64,000 nt of DNA. It comes from Antedon mediterranea (lineage: Eukaryota > Animalia > Echinodermata). The DNA is taken from positions 28,030,437 through 28,094,436 of the forward strand of contig NC_092672.1 of assembly GCF_964355755.1 (NCBI RefSeq). Reading direction: 5' to 3'. The notes beneath the pieces were generated by a model, which saw only the letters and a program-made list of their open reading frames with translations, was not told the DNA's origin and did not search any database. Shown here one piece after another: positions 26,328 to 38,700 of this stretch (the first letter of the stretch is position 1; every line of letters begins with the position of its first letter). A program made the translations under genes and the position numbers.

Positions 26328-28161
26328 CAATCCCGGATGCGATTTTTTTTTTCGTACATAAGTTGGGGACCCCTTAATGAAACGTCACAAAATAAACATG
26401 AATAATTCATCAGTTAAATTTTCTTGTTCCCGTGTGCACCCGGCCCAAGCGTATAACAACAAGAAGTGATTACACGACACAACTGCGATACGATTCTAGG
26501 CCTATCTCCGCTGTGGTTGCGGCGTGCGATTTCATAAAAGAATAGCGGCGTTTTGTGTGGATTGTCGAAATAATCAGCCTTTAGTTTATGATAGAGTTTT
26601 TAATATAATTATTGTATTACTAAAGAAGTACGTGTTAAAATTATAGTTTCTATTAATACTATTAGGCCTAATTATTAGTCTCTAAAGTCCATGTCTATTC
26701 TAGTAGTCTGTGTGGGTGTGACGTGTGTGTTACTGTTAGGTATGACACAGTCCGAGTAATAAGTCAGCAAAATTAAACAATTACATTACACAAAAATACA
26801 TTTTTTATTCTCGTGGTTCTAATCTTTCCATCTCATGTGTTCATATACGCGCATTTTTAAAGTTCCTTTGAGTACATGCATATTGTTTGATAATAAAATA
26901 GCAGAATTAAAAAATTACAGTATACAAATTATAAACATTCTTCTTGTGGGTCTAAGCTTTCTATGGGCTATGTCTAATTACTACTTAGTTGAATGTGTCT
27001 TGCCTAGCTGTCGATTAGCCTCGACACATTTTGCATAGGTTGGTGTTGTGTGTGAAGAAGAGTGCGAGAAGGCAATCATATGAATTGACCTAGAATCCTA
27101 GGCCTAGAAAGAATCGTATCGCAGTTGTAATCACTTTTAGCTATACGTACGCTTGGGTAGACACGGAACAAAAAAATTAACTGATGAATTATTCATGTTT
27201 ATTTTGTGACGTTTCATGAGGGGTCCCCAACTTATGTACGAACAAAAAAATCGCATCCCGGATCAGGGATCGCTGTTTTCATTCAATTAGGCCCGGTGAT
27301 TGGATGTGATGTGGATGACATAACCACTAGCCAATCACCAGGCACTAAAATTTAAATATAATTACATCGATAATTAAGGAGATTTATGAAGAAACCACTG
27401 CTTAGCCATATATTAAAAACACGATTGTTCTATGTGTGGACACCGGACACGCTAACAACATACATGGTCGAATGCATAATTTAATATTCTATAGATTAAC
27501 GCAATTTTTAATGACAGAAGATGGCAGGCAAATAATGATAATTCAAATATAAAAATTGCATATTTTATTAATGTTACCAACTACTTAAAATTACCAGTCG
27601 AAAGAAAGTGAACTTTTCGTAGTCCGATTGTTATGAAACTAAAACAGAATTGTTCAGCAATGCATTTTTGTTGTCCAATTAATCATCGACGCAGACATGT
27701 CAATAGAACATTCAGACTGGGCATACGATTTCTACATGGTTACGTTTTGGTCTAAAAAAATGTAGCAGTTCATTCGCAGCGTTCTACAGAGGGCCGCGGT
27801 TAGAGACACGTAGTTCAATGTTTGATTCGCAGCAGTGCTTTAGTATAGGCAAGCGCGTTGTAAAATCGTTTGATGTCGCCGTCGATGCATATTATTCTAA
27901 TTCTTTATCCATGCATAAACTAAAGGCAGATTATTTCGACAATCCACACAAAACGCCGCTTTTCTTTTATGAAATCGCACGCCGCAACCACAGCGGAGAT
28001 AGGCCTAGAATCGTATCGCAGTTGTGTCACTTCTTGTTGCTATACGCTTGGGTGCATACGGAACAAGAAAATTTAACTGATGAAATATTCATGTTTATTT
28101 TGTGACGTTTCATTAAGGGGTCCCCAACTTATGTACGAAAAAAAAAATCGCGTCCGGATTG
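26328..28161. mobile_element. MITE/foldback structure: one left arm and two inverted right arms
   Basis: 26328-26575 is the reverse complement of 27930-28161. A more diverged inverted copy lies at ~27110-27264 (shared core gggtccccaacttatgtacgaa...aatcgc). Confidence 0.7.
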
Positions 28162-28639
28162 CCTCCAAAATTTATTGGAGTGATCCTTCACCACATATCT
28201 ATCTGTATTTTCATTTTGCTAAAGATCATTCTTTTTGAGTAATCCTACTAACAAACAAAGTCACAAACAAACAGACAAACACATGCGATCGACTACATAT
28301 ACCTTCTTGAGGGACGTAAACTACAATAGTCTACGGACTGAAAATATAGTCTAATAATATTGATAATATTAATTGTTAGGGTTCATGGTTTAAATATTGA
28401 GGTAAAACAAAGGTACACCTTTCTAATGCACTTACAACGGTACACGGAAGAAATGAATAAAAAAAAGAGATTACTTAACTACTTTTCAATTTATGAATTT
28501 TGTGGAATAATAATTTTTTAATATTTCAAATATAAAAATTACATTTCAGGAATATTCTTAAATAAATAAATTCTAAGCTGTCAGAAAATAAACTGTCTGT
28601 GGTCCGATTTTTATGAAATAAAAACAACTTGTTCAGCAA

Positions 28640-29191
28640 ACAAGGCCAACAGCCATAAGTCGCATGCTAAAACGCATAGTGATACCGGACTAATCCGGAC
28701 AATGATACAAAAACTCGTGGTAGTTGCTTTAACCGTTCTTTATTCTTCGATAAAGTCTGAAACACAAATAAACTCAATGAAAACACGCACAAGGCAGCAC
28801 AGCTGCGTGTGCAAACAACCCCAAAATACAGCGTAGCAGATACATACAGTCAAACTACTACACGAGGGCTAGTCAGGCTTATGGCCAATTAGCCGATCGA
28901 AACACATAACTAAATAGCCTAACCAATAATTTTAATATTCAAAGTCAAGAACATTAACACAACTTAAATGTTATAAAACATACGTAGTACTCCCACGTAT
29001 CACTGTCGGAAATAAGATAAATACAGTATCTACTATTAGATAATAAGCGTGATCTTGCTGACAATTCTGTTTACCACCAAAACAAATATTTACGCCACCA
29101 ACGCCAAAGTTCGAAATCCGAAACACGGACCGACAGACAGAACGACAGACCGACAGACCGACCGACATAGTGAACTATAGAGTCTAGACTA
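28640..29191 (-). mobile_element. DINE-1/HINE (Helentron)-like non-autonomous insertion specific to unit B
   Basis: Absent at the paralogous site ~11905 (gttcagccaaaaattgtc). Inserted in an A/T run with no TSD. (GACC/GACA)n microsatellite near the end ...ctatagagtctagactaaaaa. Confidence 0.65.
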
Positions 29192-29723
29192 AAAATTGTC
29201 TTTGTCGATGAATCCTCGACGCATATGCCAATAGAGCGATCAGACTGCGCATACCTGGAATATTTCTGTATTTATTTACGATATTATTATTGATTCGCAA
29301 ATTTCTCTTATATTTCTTAAGGTGAAGAGATACCACCTTATCCTTTATACTTTTCTTTATTTTCTCATGTCACCGCTTCGTCGGTTTTGTTTTCATTTTG
29401 TTGTTTACCATATTTATTTACTGAATAAAACAATCTTCCTATAGAGGGCCTCGTCAATTGTAATGATTTTAAAGATATTTATTTGGTTACAGTGATTTAT
29501 CATTACTAGCATTACGGTATTGTTCTGTTGCAAGTCCTTCAACTTCGTTTTAACACAATTAATACAGGTAGGTCCAGTTTATTCAGAAACAAAATTGGTT
29601 TATTATAAGTTTTATGTATTATTTTATTACTGTGTACCAAAATTGAACCAAATTGAAGGTAAATTGTAAATAACACTCGTTTCTTTTTTATGTAGGCCTA
29701 TTTAAGTGAATTAACTGGATAAT

Positions 29724-32700
29724 ATGAAGAGGTTTCTTGTAGCTGGTATGTATAACACTATTCACTGCCTATTCAAATTAGTATTTCACAGGGTTATAAT
29801 GAAATGCAATAGGTGGTTTCAGTACAGACCTACAGACTGTATAAATAAATAGGTCAATAATAATAATAATAATTTTTATATTATAATAATAGAATTGAAA
29901 ACTTTAGACGTAGTGTTTCTGAACTTCTCACATCATCAAATTGCTGCCGGCTTTTCTCATAATAATTCAATAATACAGATGTTATAAACACGTTTTACCA
30001 GCTTTGTAGAATAGTAAGGGATTCTCATGTCTTTGATTTTATTTTTGCTAATGTTAAAGATCTCGTCCCTGTTTTCAAACTTTCAAACTCCCACCCTGGT
30101 TTGAAAATGAACTTTATATTGCACTGAAATCTAAAGAATCATATTTAAGAGAAAAGAAACGTAAAATATTGAAAATTTTAGATTTGCTAGATCAAACTTT
30201 AAACGACTTGGTAGATTTAGGCCTAAGTATGGTAGTGTTGTAGTGGTGTTTAGTCATGGATAAAATCCTCAAGAAAAATAATAATAATAACATACCTTCG
30301 GAACTACAATTTAATAATCAGTCAGCTTACACTGTAAAAGACAAATCAAACTTACTTAATACATTTGTTTTATTCTGTTTTAGCCCTAATAATAAAGATT
30401 TAGATCTTCCTAATCTTCCTGATTATCCGATTGATTGTTTATATAAACTTGAGTTTAATCAGGTTATAGAACAAGGCCATATACATGACTGAATTCGCGT
30501 GCTCAACCGACCGACACAGTTAGCTGTAGAGTCGCGTTGCACGCCACTAAAAACACATTAATGAAATTGATTCCCATAAGGTAACGACGGTTTGGGTAAT
30601 ATTGTTTTGTCTTTAGCTGCCAAACCTCTTTCTTTTCCTTGTAACATTTTATTTGAAAGATGTATTTCTGAAAAACTTTTTCCGATAAAATGGAAGCAAG
30701 CCAACGTGTGCCCTATCTTTAAAGCTGGTTCTAAATCTAATAGGATTTGTTGTAGACCTATGCCTACTAATGATATACAAAGCTATTAAAAGTTATGCTC
30801 GGCAAACCTTTTTGAAAAGGTAGGTTTGACATAAATGCCATATCTACAGTCAGTAATGCGTAGGTTTTGATAAAAAGGGGTTGATATATAAAATATATAG
30901 ACATACACGGAGAATTTGAAACTAAATTCTTCCTTCTCCGTGGTACAGTGAGTTACATGTGTTAAGCATTGAATTTTCTGGAAACAATCATTTATATATA
31001 TTACAATAATACATTGTATTAATCGGTCCTAATATATAAATTAGAGTTTTGGTATTTTAAATTGATTAGTATTAGTAGATTGATGCACTTTCTATTTATT
31101 ATAATAATGTTTTACTAAATAATAATAAGCTCTGTCTACATTATCAAACTAGTTTTAGAAAAAAAGTATGACGTGCCCAAATATGGTAGTGATATGACAC
31201 GATGGACAAAATACATTTGTTGTCACATAGAGTAGTGTAGACAAAGTTTAGATAGCATATTTTGACATGTGTTTGGCCAAAACCATACAACTAGATTATA
31301 TAGAAATCAAATATATATTTACTAATTGTTATTGTTTTTATTGTAATTTATTTATTTATTTATTTTTTCCAATTTTTAATTGTTACATAGGACATCACAT
31401 TTTAAAGCTTTGCTTATAGTGATGCCCGATTCAATCAATCAATATATAACTTTTGCTTAAAACCATGTTCAACTGTAGGCCGTTACCAATATACAGTAAT
31501 CTCCCTAAACACTGCTACTTTTAATACTTACACTATTATATGTTTTCATCTTTTCCATTGATTGAAACTAAACTTTCCAGTATTTTATTATTCAACTTCT
31601 GTTTCCAATAATAGTCAATATAAACAATTAATTTTTATTTTTATCATTACTGTAAATAATCATTGTATATACAGTATTTTATAATTAATATTTATATTGG
31701 TCTTGTTTTTGTTGTTGTAAAGATCTACTGTAATATTATACCTTATTGTGGTTACCATTATAACAAATGTACGATTGATTGAATAAAGTTCACATATAAA
31801 GCTTCTAAATTATTATCTCTCAACATGTACTTCAACATGATTATGGCCTTCCATAGGTATGTGTGCCGTAATAAAGTTCTTGTTATACTGCACAAGAATC
31901 AACATGAGTATTGCGATGATAGCTATGGTACGCCGCCGAGAAAACACAACAAACTTTAGCAGTAATGATGATCAATTGTACGACACATCTGTAAGTATAT
32001 CATACTACCAGTAACTTTAAATCTGCTATAATAATTAACTATAGCACAACAATCATATTTGAATACATTAAAAATGTATACTCAGAGTGAAAAAACATGT
32101 GTTGAACAATTAGGCACCTAAAGCAACAATAATTAAAATGTAAAGCTCTGCTTATATTATCAAACTAGTTTGAAAAAAAAACCCGTTATTATGCCAAAAT
32201 ATAGCAGTGGTACGACTTCATCGTGTCCATATATGAACACGTCACATAAAGTAGACATTATTATTCATGACGCCACTGAGGTCCAAAAGTAACAGTAAGT
32301 AAATAGTAAGCACTTTCTTGACAAACTGAAGTCTGTGATCTCAGAAATCCAAGCGAGTGTAGACAGGCAACATACACTTGTCCAACAGTGGCAGACTCGG
32401 AGTCTACAAAGAAATGTTTACCAACCTTAGTTTGTAACTGTTTGGTGAAGTTCTTTAAACTACCGTTCCTGTCATTTTGTTTAACTACGGAATCACATCA
32501 ACTACAAAAATGCTTTGATTGCAGTCTGTTCACAAACATCAGAAAATAGTTTGACGAGAAGCTGCATGTCTCAACGTCTACAGAACTCACTGTATGCAGT
32601 TTACACTGTCAAACTTTGGAAAAGTTTTCTTGCTAAACTGAAAGTTAACTCAAGTTTACAAAATAAAGTTTTTCATAAAGATTACGAGAACCAAAAAACA

Positions 32701-35700
32701 GCCTAGAACCAAACTTATTGCTTTGTTTTTAAATATGTCTAAATAATACAGAATATACTTTTTTTTAACGTATATGGTACTATGTTTTACTATAGATACC
32801 AACATATAATTGGGATGAAATGACTCAGCAAATTGTGTTGGGTGCTTTCTACATTGGTTACATAATCACGCCGATCCCTGGAGGCTGGTTTTCTTGCTGT
32901 ATAGGCGGTAAAAAAGCTCTGGGACTAGTCCTACTTTGTGAGTGTATACTGACAGCGTTGGTTCCAATTGCTACAGAGGTCAGTATCAATCTACTGATTG
33001 CAGTGCGTGTTTTAGACGGAGCAGTACAGGTAGGAATGAGGTGTTTATTTATTTAAAAGCTTATTTATACAGAATAAAAACATATCGGGTATAGATGTAG
33101 AACATGTTTTATAGAACAATAGATAAAAAAACATACATAATAACACTTTAAAACATACTAATAAAACTGTAAAAATCAATATAAAATTCAAAAGATAAGT
33201 ATAGGCCTAGTATACAGTGTTTATACACAAAAGACCTAGAATATCAATCGTAGGCCTACTATAATTATTGTTTGATATGTGCCTAGACTGGCTCCTTCCG
33301 TTAGATGAAAACCTTATTTTCTTGCTGTTATTTTGTATGGTTTATACACTTTCACAAACTTTTTAACTACTTCATACAAAAACACAGCAAGATTCTATAC
33401 CTAACTCGACAATTGTTTGTAACGTCGTGATGTTTTGACTATATGTCTGCTGCTGATTGGTTTGCTATGGATTTCTTTAATATTGGTTACTTATTGTAGG
33501 CCTAGACCTATTTAATAAAATTCCAGCCTAATCTAATGCGTATTCTGTTCTCAACCTTTGACATTATTATATGTATACATTCAATTCTTTATTTCTAGGG
33601 AGTAGCTTTTTCTGCTATCTACGTTTTATTAGGAAAATGGACAGTTCATGAAGAACGAAGTATTATGGTATCTATAATATACAATGGCAAGTCAACATTT
33701 TTATAATACTGTCAATAATGTGAGGTTGTTTTGGTTTGGGGTAAACAGTAAATTATTTTATCATATTTCAATAAAAATAGTGGCTATATTTACAATGGCT
33801 GCCGACGCCCTTGGTGCACGAAAAAATGTAACAAATACCTTTTTTTAAATTCCCTCGGTCTATTTTACAACATATTATTTTCATTAAATAGTATTTTTTA
33901 TTTTATGACTGTTTTGAGACATGTCTCCTGTAGAGGCCATACAGTCGCCCCTTAAATACAATTATACATACAATATGCTGACTACACGAACAAAGTCTTA
34001 TTACAAGTCTTGGGAGTGGAGTTGTTCTGTCATGAGAACAACATCCTGGCGTCTGATATCTGACATCTGATATCTGATACGATTTGAACCAAGGCATCCG
34101 AGCATCTATCCACCAAGCTACAATGTTGACTACTGTGCATTTACCATAACTTAATGTTTCTCTATTTATATTTTTACACAGGGATAACACTTTCAACAAT
34201 CGTTTCAAGTCATCTGTCCGGTTGGCTTTGCACAGCATATGAACTTGGTGGTTGGCCGGTGTCATTTTATACGTATAGTATGCTAACATAATTTGTTTAT
34301 CTGTCGGTAAAGTAATTGTTCATGTCTAGTTCGTTTTAAAGTAATAATAGTTTATCTGTGGATTAGTGGTTATGATGCTCGGCTACCAATCAAAGGGCTC
34401 TGGGTTCAAATCCTGTTATGTCAGGAGCTTTTCGCATGAACTTTGACTTTTTCTGTGAGCATCTTGTGTATTATGTTTGACATGTGAACAGGATTGCCAT
34501 CTTTAAGAAGGATAGTAAATGAAATAGCTTATGCTTTATCATTTTGCCTGAATAATAATTAAAATTATAAAAACAGACACCAAAAGCAATAAAACAAAAC
34601 AAAAGAATCAATATAGGCCTACGCATTGCATTTTATATAAATATATAAACAGGGTAATACTAATACAGACAAGCATTCATTAAAATAGATATATAATGTG
34701 TATAACTCAAACCAAATCTCCATAACAAGCAAATAAAACTAAAATATACATAGATAGAAATAGAATAAAAAAATGGCTTAATTGCTTAAATTATAATAAC
34801 AAAAGTTGAGAATAATAAAATCAAACATAAAATTATTCAAACGAATAATTTTTTTCCTACATGTCTTCCGTGATTTCAATTAGTGAGTCAGGCAAAAACA
34901 AATTTGAATTGTGATTTTCCTTGACTTTTCTCCACGCTTTTTTCCGCAACGACACTCATATTCGGAGGGTCAATTTGTCAATCACACTTAGCACCGATCA
35001 TAATTTGGTCACGAGTTAGTAAAGCGCCATTTGGCGTACTGTAATATTAACAGTAAAAAATGCAGTATGTATTTACGTTAGATATTTTTATTTTGTTCGT
35101 AAAAACTTTGTACTATTTCTTGAATATTACAGGCGTGTTCGGGTTAGTAGGGTTAGTAGTATGGACGACACTTGTTTATGAAACGCCAAATACTGACCCG
35201 TTTATTACAAAAAAGGAGTTAGAACTGTTCGTGTCATCTGAAGAAAGAACTAATGTTACGGTGTGTTACTGTATAATCATCCTAAACGCTAGTCGTCGTT
35301 AAGCATTGCAGCTCGTGATGTTGGCCTAGCCTACGTTGTTTTCATAAAATTATTAGAAAGAAAACTTGTCTTTTGGCGGCGGCCAGTCTTCCTCTCTGGC
35401 CTTTTCCATTGCGCGTCATTGCATTCGCCACTCTGTACGTTTTTGAACAAGCATCCTCGCCTGTGTATTTTTGTTTAATCGAAGCATTATATGGCCATAG
35501 AATGTCAGCCTCCTTTTCTTTACTTCCTTACTCCACTCATCTGTTCTTTTATACAAATATTCAATCTTCAAATAAAGGTTTAAGTTGAATTTGAACTTAA
35601 ACTTGAGTTGCGTCGCTAGTGGGAACCAAGCATTAGAGCGTTCAGTAAAAAAGGTTGTACGTTGTAGAAGTGCACTACCAAAAAAACAATTAAACAATTC

Positions 35701-38700
35701 ATACAAACTTATTTTGAAACTCAAATATAATTGTATATTTTTGATATCATAGTATTCATCAGTTCCTTGGAAGGCTATATTCACGTCATCTGCGGTTTGG
35801 GCTATTGTGATTGGCTATGTAGCATTCGACGCCGCGTGGTACTTCAGTATCACGGAAATACCCATTTTCATCTCATCCATTTTAGGATTTGATGCAAAAA
35901 CTGTAAGTTTTTTTTGTAATATTCATTTATTCTTGCTCCTAGTGAACGCGTGAAAATGTCACGCGTTCGGTGTGAAATCGTTTAATCTAATAAAAGAGCT
36001 TTCTTTCTTCACTCTAAGAGTTATTCAAATTAAATTTAAATTAAAATGTGGAATGATTTAATAGATTGAAATGTTCACTCTGTGACCAGTGGAAATCGAT
36101 AACTAGAGTGACTGTTGAAGTCTTTTATTACTCTTTTAAGAGTGGTCCTTTTAGCATCATACTCAAAAGGTGGATTTTAATAAAAAATCAATGCGAGATA
36201 TTAATATTACTTTACAATACAATAAACAATGGGTCATGTGTCGTTTTGGAAAATATAAACTAATTGACCGATGACTAGATAATTAAACTATTAATTTAAC
36301 ACTTATCCAATGGATGTGTCTTACAAACGTTGTCAGCTGACACATGACCAGTTGGATATGGCCCTACATCACAGTAACAGCAGGACACTTCAAGGCGCGC
36401 GTAAGTTAACTCGTCTTAGAGGGATGAGTTTACATAAATTTTGATTTAATTACTTGTTACGAAACATATTAATTCCGTCTAACAGAAAGTTTAATACAAT
36501 TCTATTGAGATTAATATTATTATTAACTATTAACCAGACCATTTTTATAATTGTATTTTATTTACTTACTTTATAGACTGGTTTTCTGACATCAATCCCT
36601 GCCATAGCCAGACTTCCAGTTGTTCTCATTTCTGCTGCCTGTGCTGACTTTATCATTCGCCGTAATATACTGAGCATTTTGAATACAAGAAAACTGTGTG
36701 TTATCATTGGTATGATGCATTAATATGATATACATCTTTTATTTTATTGAGAACATTGATCAAGAGTCTTTCTTTGTTTATTTCTTTCTTTTTTTCTATC
36801 TTTCTTTCTCTTGTTCATTTCTTTTATGATGCTTCAATATGATATCATACTACATTACATATTTTATTTATTAAGTATAACATTGACCAATTTTCTTTCT
36901 ATTTTCGTTCTTTCTTTTTTTCTTTATTTCTTTATTTTTTTCTGTCTACAATCGTATAAAAACAAAATTGCACTCTTAATGACGTAAGAATTTAATGGAG
37001 TACTATTATGAATACCATACAGTATGACTCACAATCCAATCAAATAACAAGACTCTACTCAATTGTATTAATCAATAGTATGTTTTATTTTTTATTTAGA
37101 TCTTGGAGTTGCTGCAGTTTGTTTCCTTATCATTTCCCAAGTTGGTGAATCTCTAGGAGCATTTATGGTTCTTATCTCAATTACCTTTTGTGCGTTTGGA
37201 TTCCATCCACCCGGTATAAATACCAACTCATTGGACTTATCTTCAAAATATGCTGGAATAATTGTTGGAATAGCAACAACGTTTGCAAGTATTAGTGCAT
37301 TCATCGTTCCGGTTATTCTTGGTAAACTAACAGAAAACAATGTAAGTATGTTAACAAATTGTAGACAGAGAACGATTAAACCAGAACCGTGTGTAACAAA
37401 CTGTACGTTTTGTAGGCCTAATTAGAATTTTGTAATGGTCAAATTTCAAATAAATCGTAACTACATTATTTGTGCCATATATAACAGCCAATATCGTACT
37501 CGCATGTAGTATCAAACATTGAACTTTTACTTGGTCAATATGTTGTTTATGTACATATGTTTAATTCAGTGGCGTAACAGGCGGGGGGGGGGGGCAGGGG
37601 GCGGAATACCCCACTGGCGGATTTTACCGGGTTGAGAAGCGTTCGATCGGGCTGGGTAACAAGTCAAACAAATTAAATAAAATACAAAGAAGGGATAGAA
37701 GAAAGAAACAGAAAGAAAATATAAGATAAGAATAAAATATACGATATATGATATGGCTTCAAATGAGTCACAGTACAGTATGATATTCAAGTAAGATGAT
37801 ATGAAATACGGGTGTCACGAAACCTAAGACCACGAAAGCTAAGACCCCCTAAGACCTAAGATCACGAAAGCTAAGACCCAAGACCTAAGATTACAAATTC
37901 TAAGATATACTACAGCTTAAAAACAATACTTGTTTATCCATACATAATTTTCAACATAGTAGGTTTCATTTATTACCATAAATATAATTAAATACTACCG
38001 CAAAACATAGATAAACTCACGTTGTTTTCACCCGTTGAGTAAATGTATATTTTTTCTTTACAACAAACAAACTTGACGGGTTGTTTGTTGGTATATAGGC
38101 CTATTTACTCCATTGTGTTGGTTCAGAGGATGTTTTTTCTTTCGCACCTGCCTTCTTGTATTTTGACTCCGAATTTGTTAACTAACTTTATCCTGAATAC
38201 CACACTTTAAAATTAGGACTTATAAGTACTTTCAGAAGGAGAAACACATAAAAACAAATAAATAAATCCTTTGAATTGATGATTTTACAGACGTGTTTCT
38301 TTGTATACTGTAACTCCTCCCATCATGCTCAATGTTTTTGTTTCTATGGAGCGCCAAAAGAGCAACAATAATAGTACAAGTATAAAAACAGAAAGAAAAC
38401 GAAATTATCATGATTTTTAAATTAAAATTTATTTGCGAGTATTTATTTCTTCGTACTAGCATGATTATACTATTATCATTACAATTTTAATTTTACATTG
38501 TTTCATCCACACTGTAGATGGACTCCACAGAGTTTTCAGCCCTCTATAATTATACTTTTTGCTATTTTGACGTTCCATAGAAACAATAACATTGAACATG
38601 GGGTAGGCCTACTGTACTGTTAGTTAGGCTAATCCAGTATGTGTGCGAGAAAAACGTCTGTAAAATCATCAATTTAAAAATGTATTTGTTACTTTTTATG

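Larger units (their letters stand above)
1982..32278. repeat. Tandem segmental duplication: unit A 1982-16314, unit B 16315-32278
   Basis: Collinear high identity for 1982-6506 vs 16315-19685 and 11401-16314 vs 28152-32278. The junction at 16314/16315 joins SLC17 intron-2 sequence (catgacgtcactg, matching 32266-32278) to FReD 3'-flank sequence (caacag...atctgaa, matching 1983ff). Confidence 0.93.

Noticed and set aside
1982-32278. Duplication as an assembly artefact (uncollapsed haplotypes)
   Set aside because: A unique chimeric junction at 16314/16315, copy-specific TE insertions and substantial exon divergence favour a real tandem duplication. Spanning long reads would be needed to exclude an artefact fully.
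33903-34289. 128-aa minus-strand ORF and 37092-37340 as separate genes
   Set aside because: They overlap SLC17 exons 5 and 9 in antisense and have no motifs of their own.
34350-34420. tRNA genes here and at ~56775-56845
   Set aside because: Only degenerate A/B boxes are present and no acceptor stem or cloverleaf could be built, so SINE heads fit better.
33687-35132. Initial impression that the SLC17 gene lacks the GGWP exon and is a pseudogene
   Set aside because: The exon was found at 34182-34277, homologous to 63464-63559, and the full frame is open.
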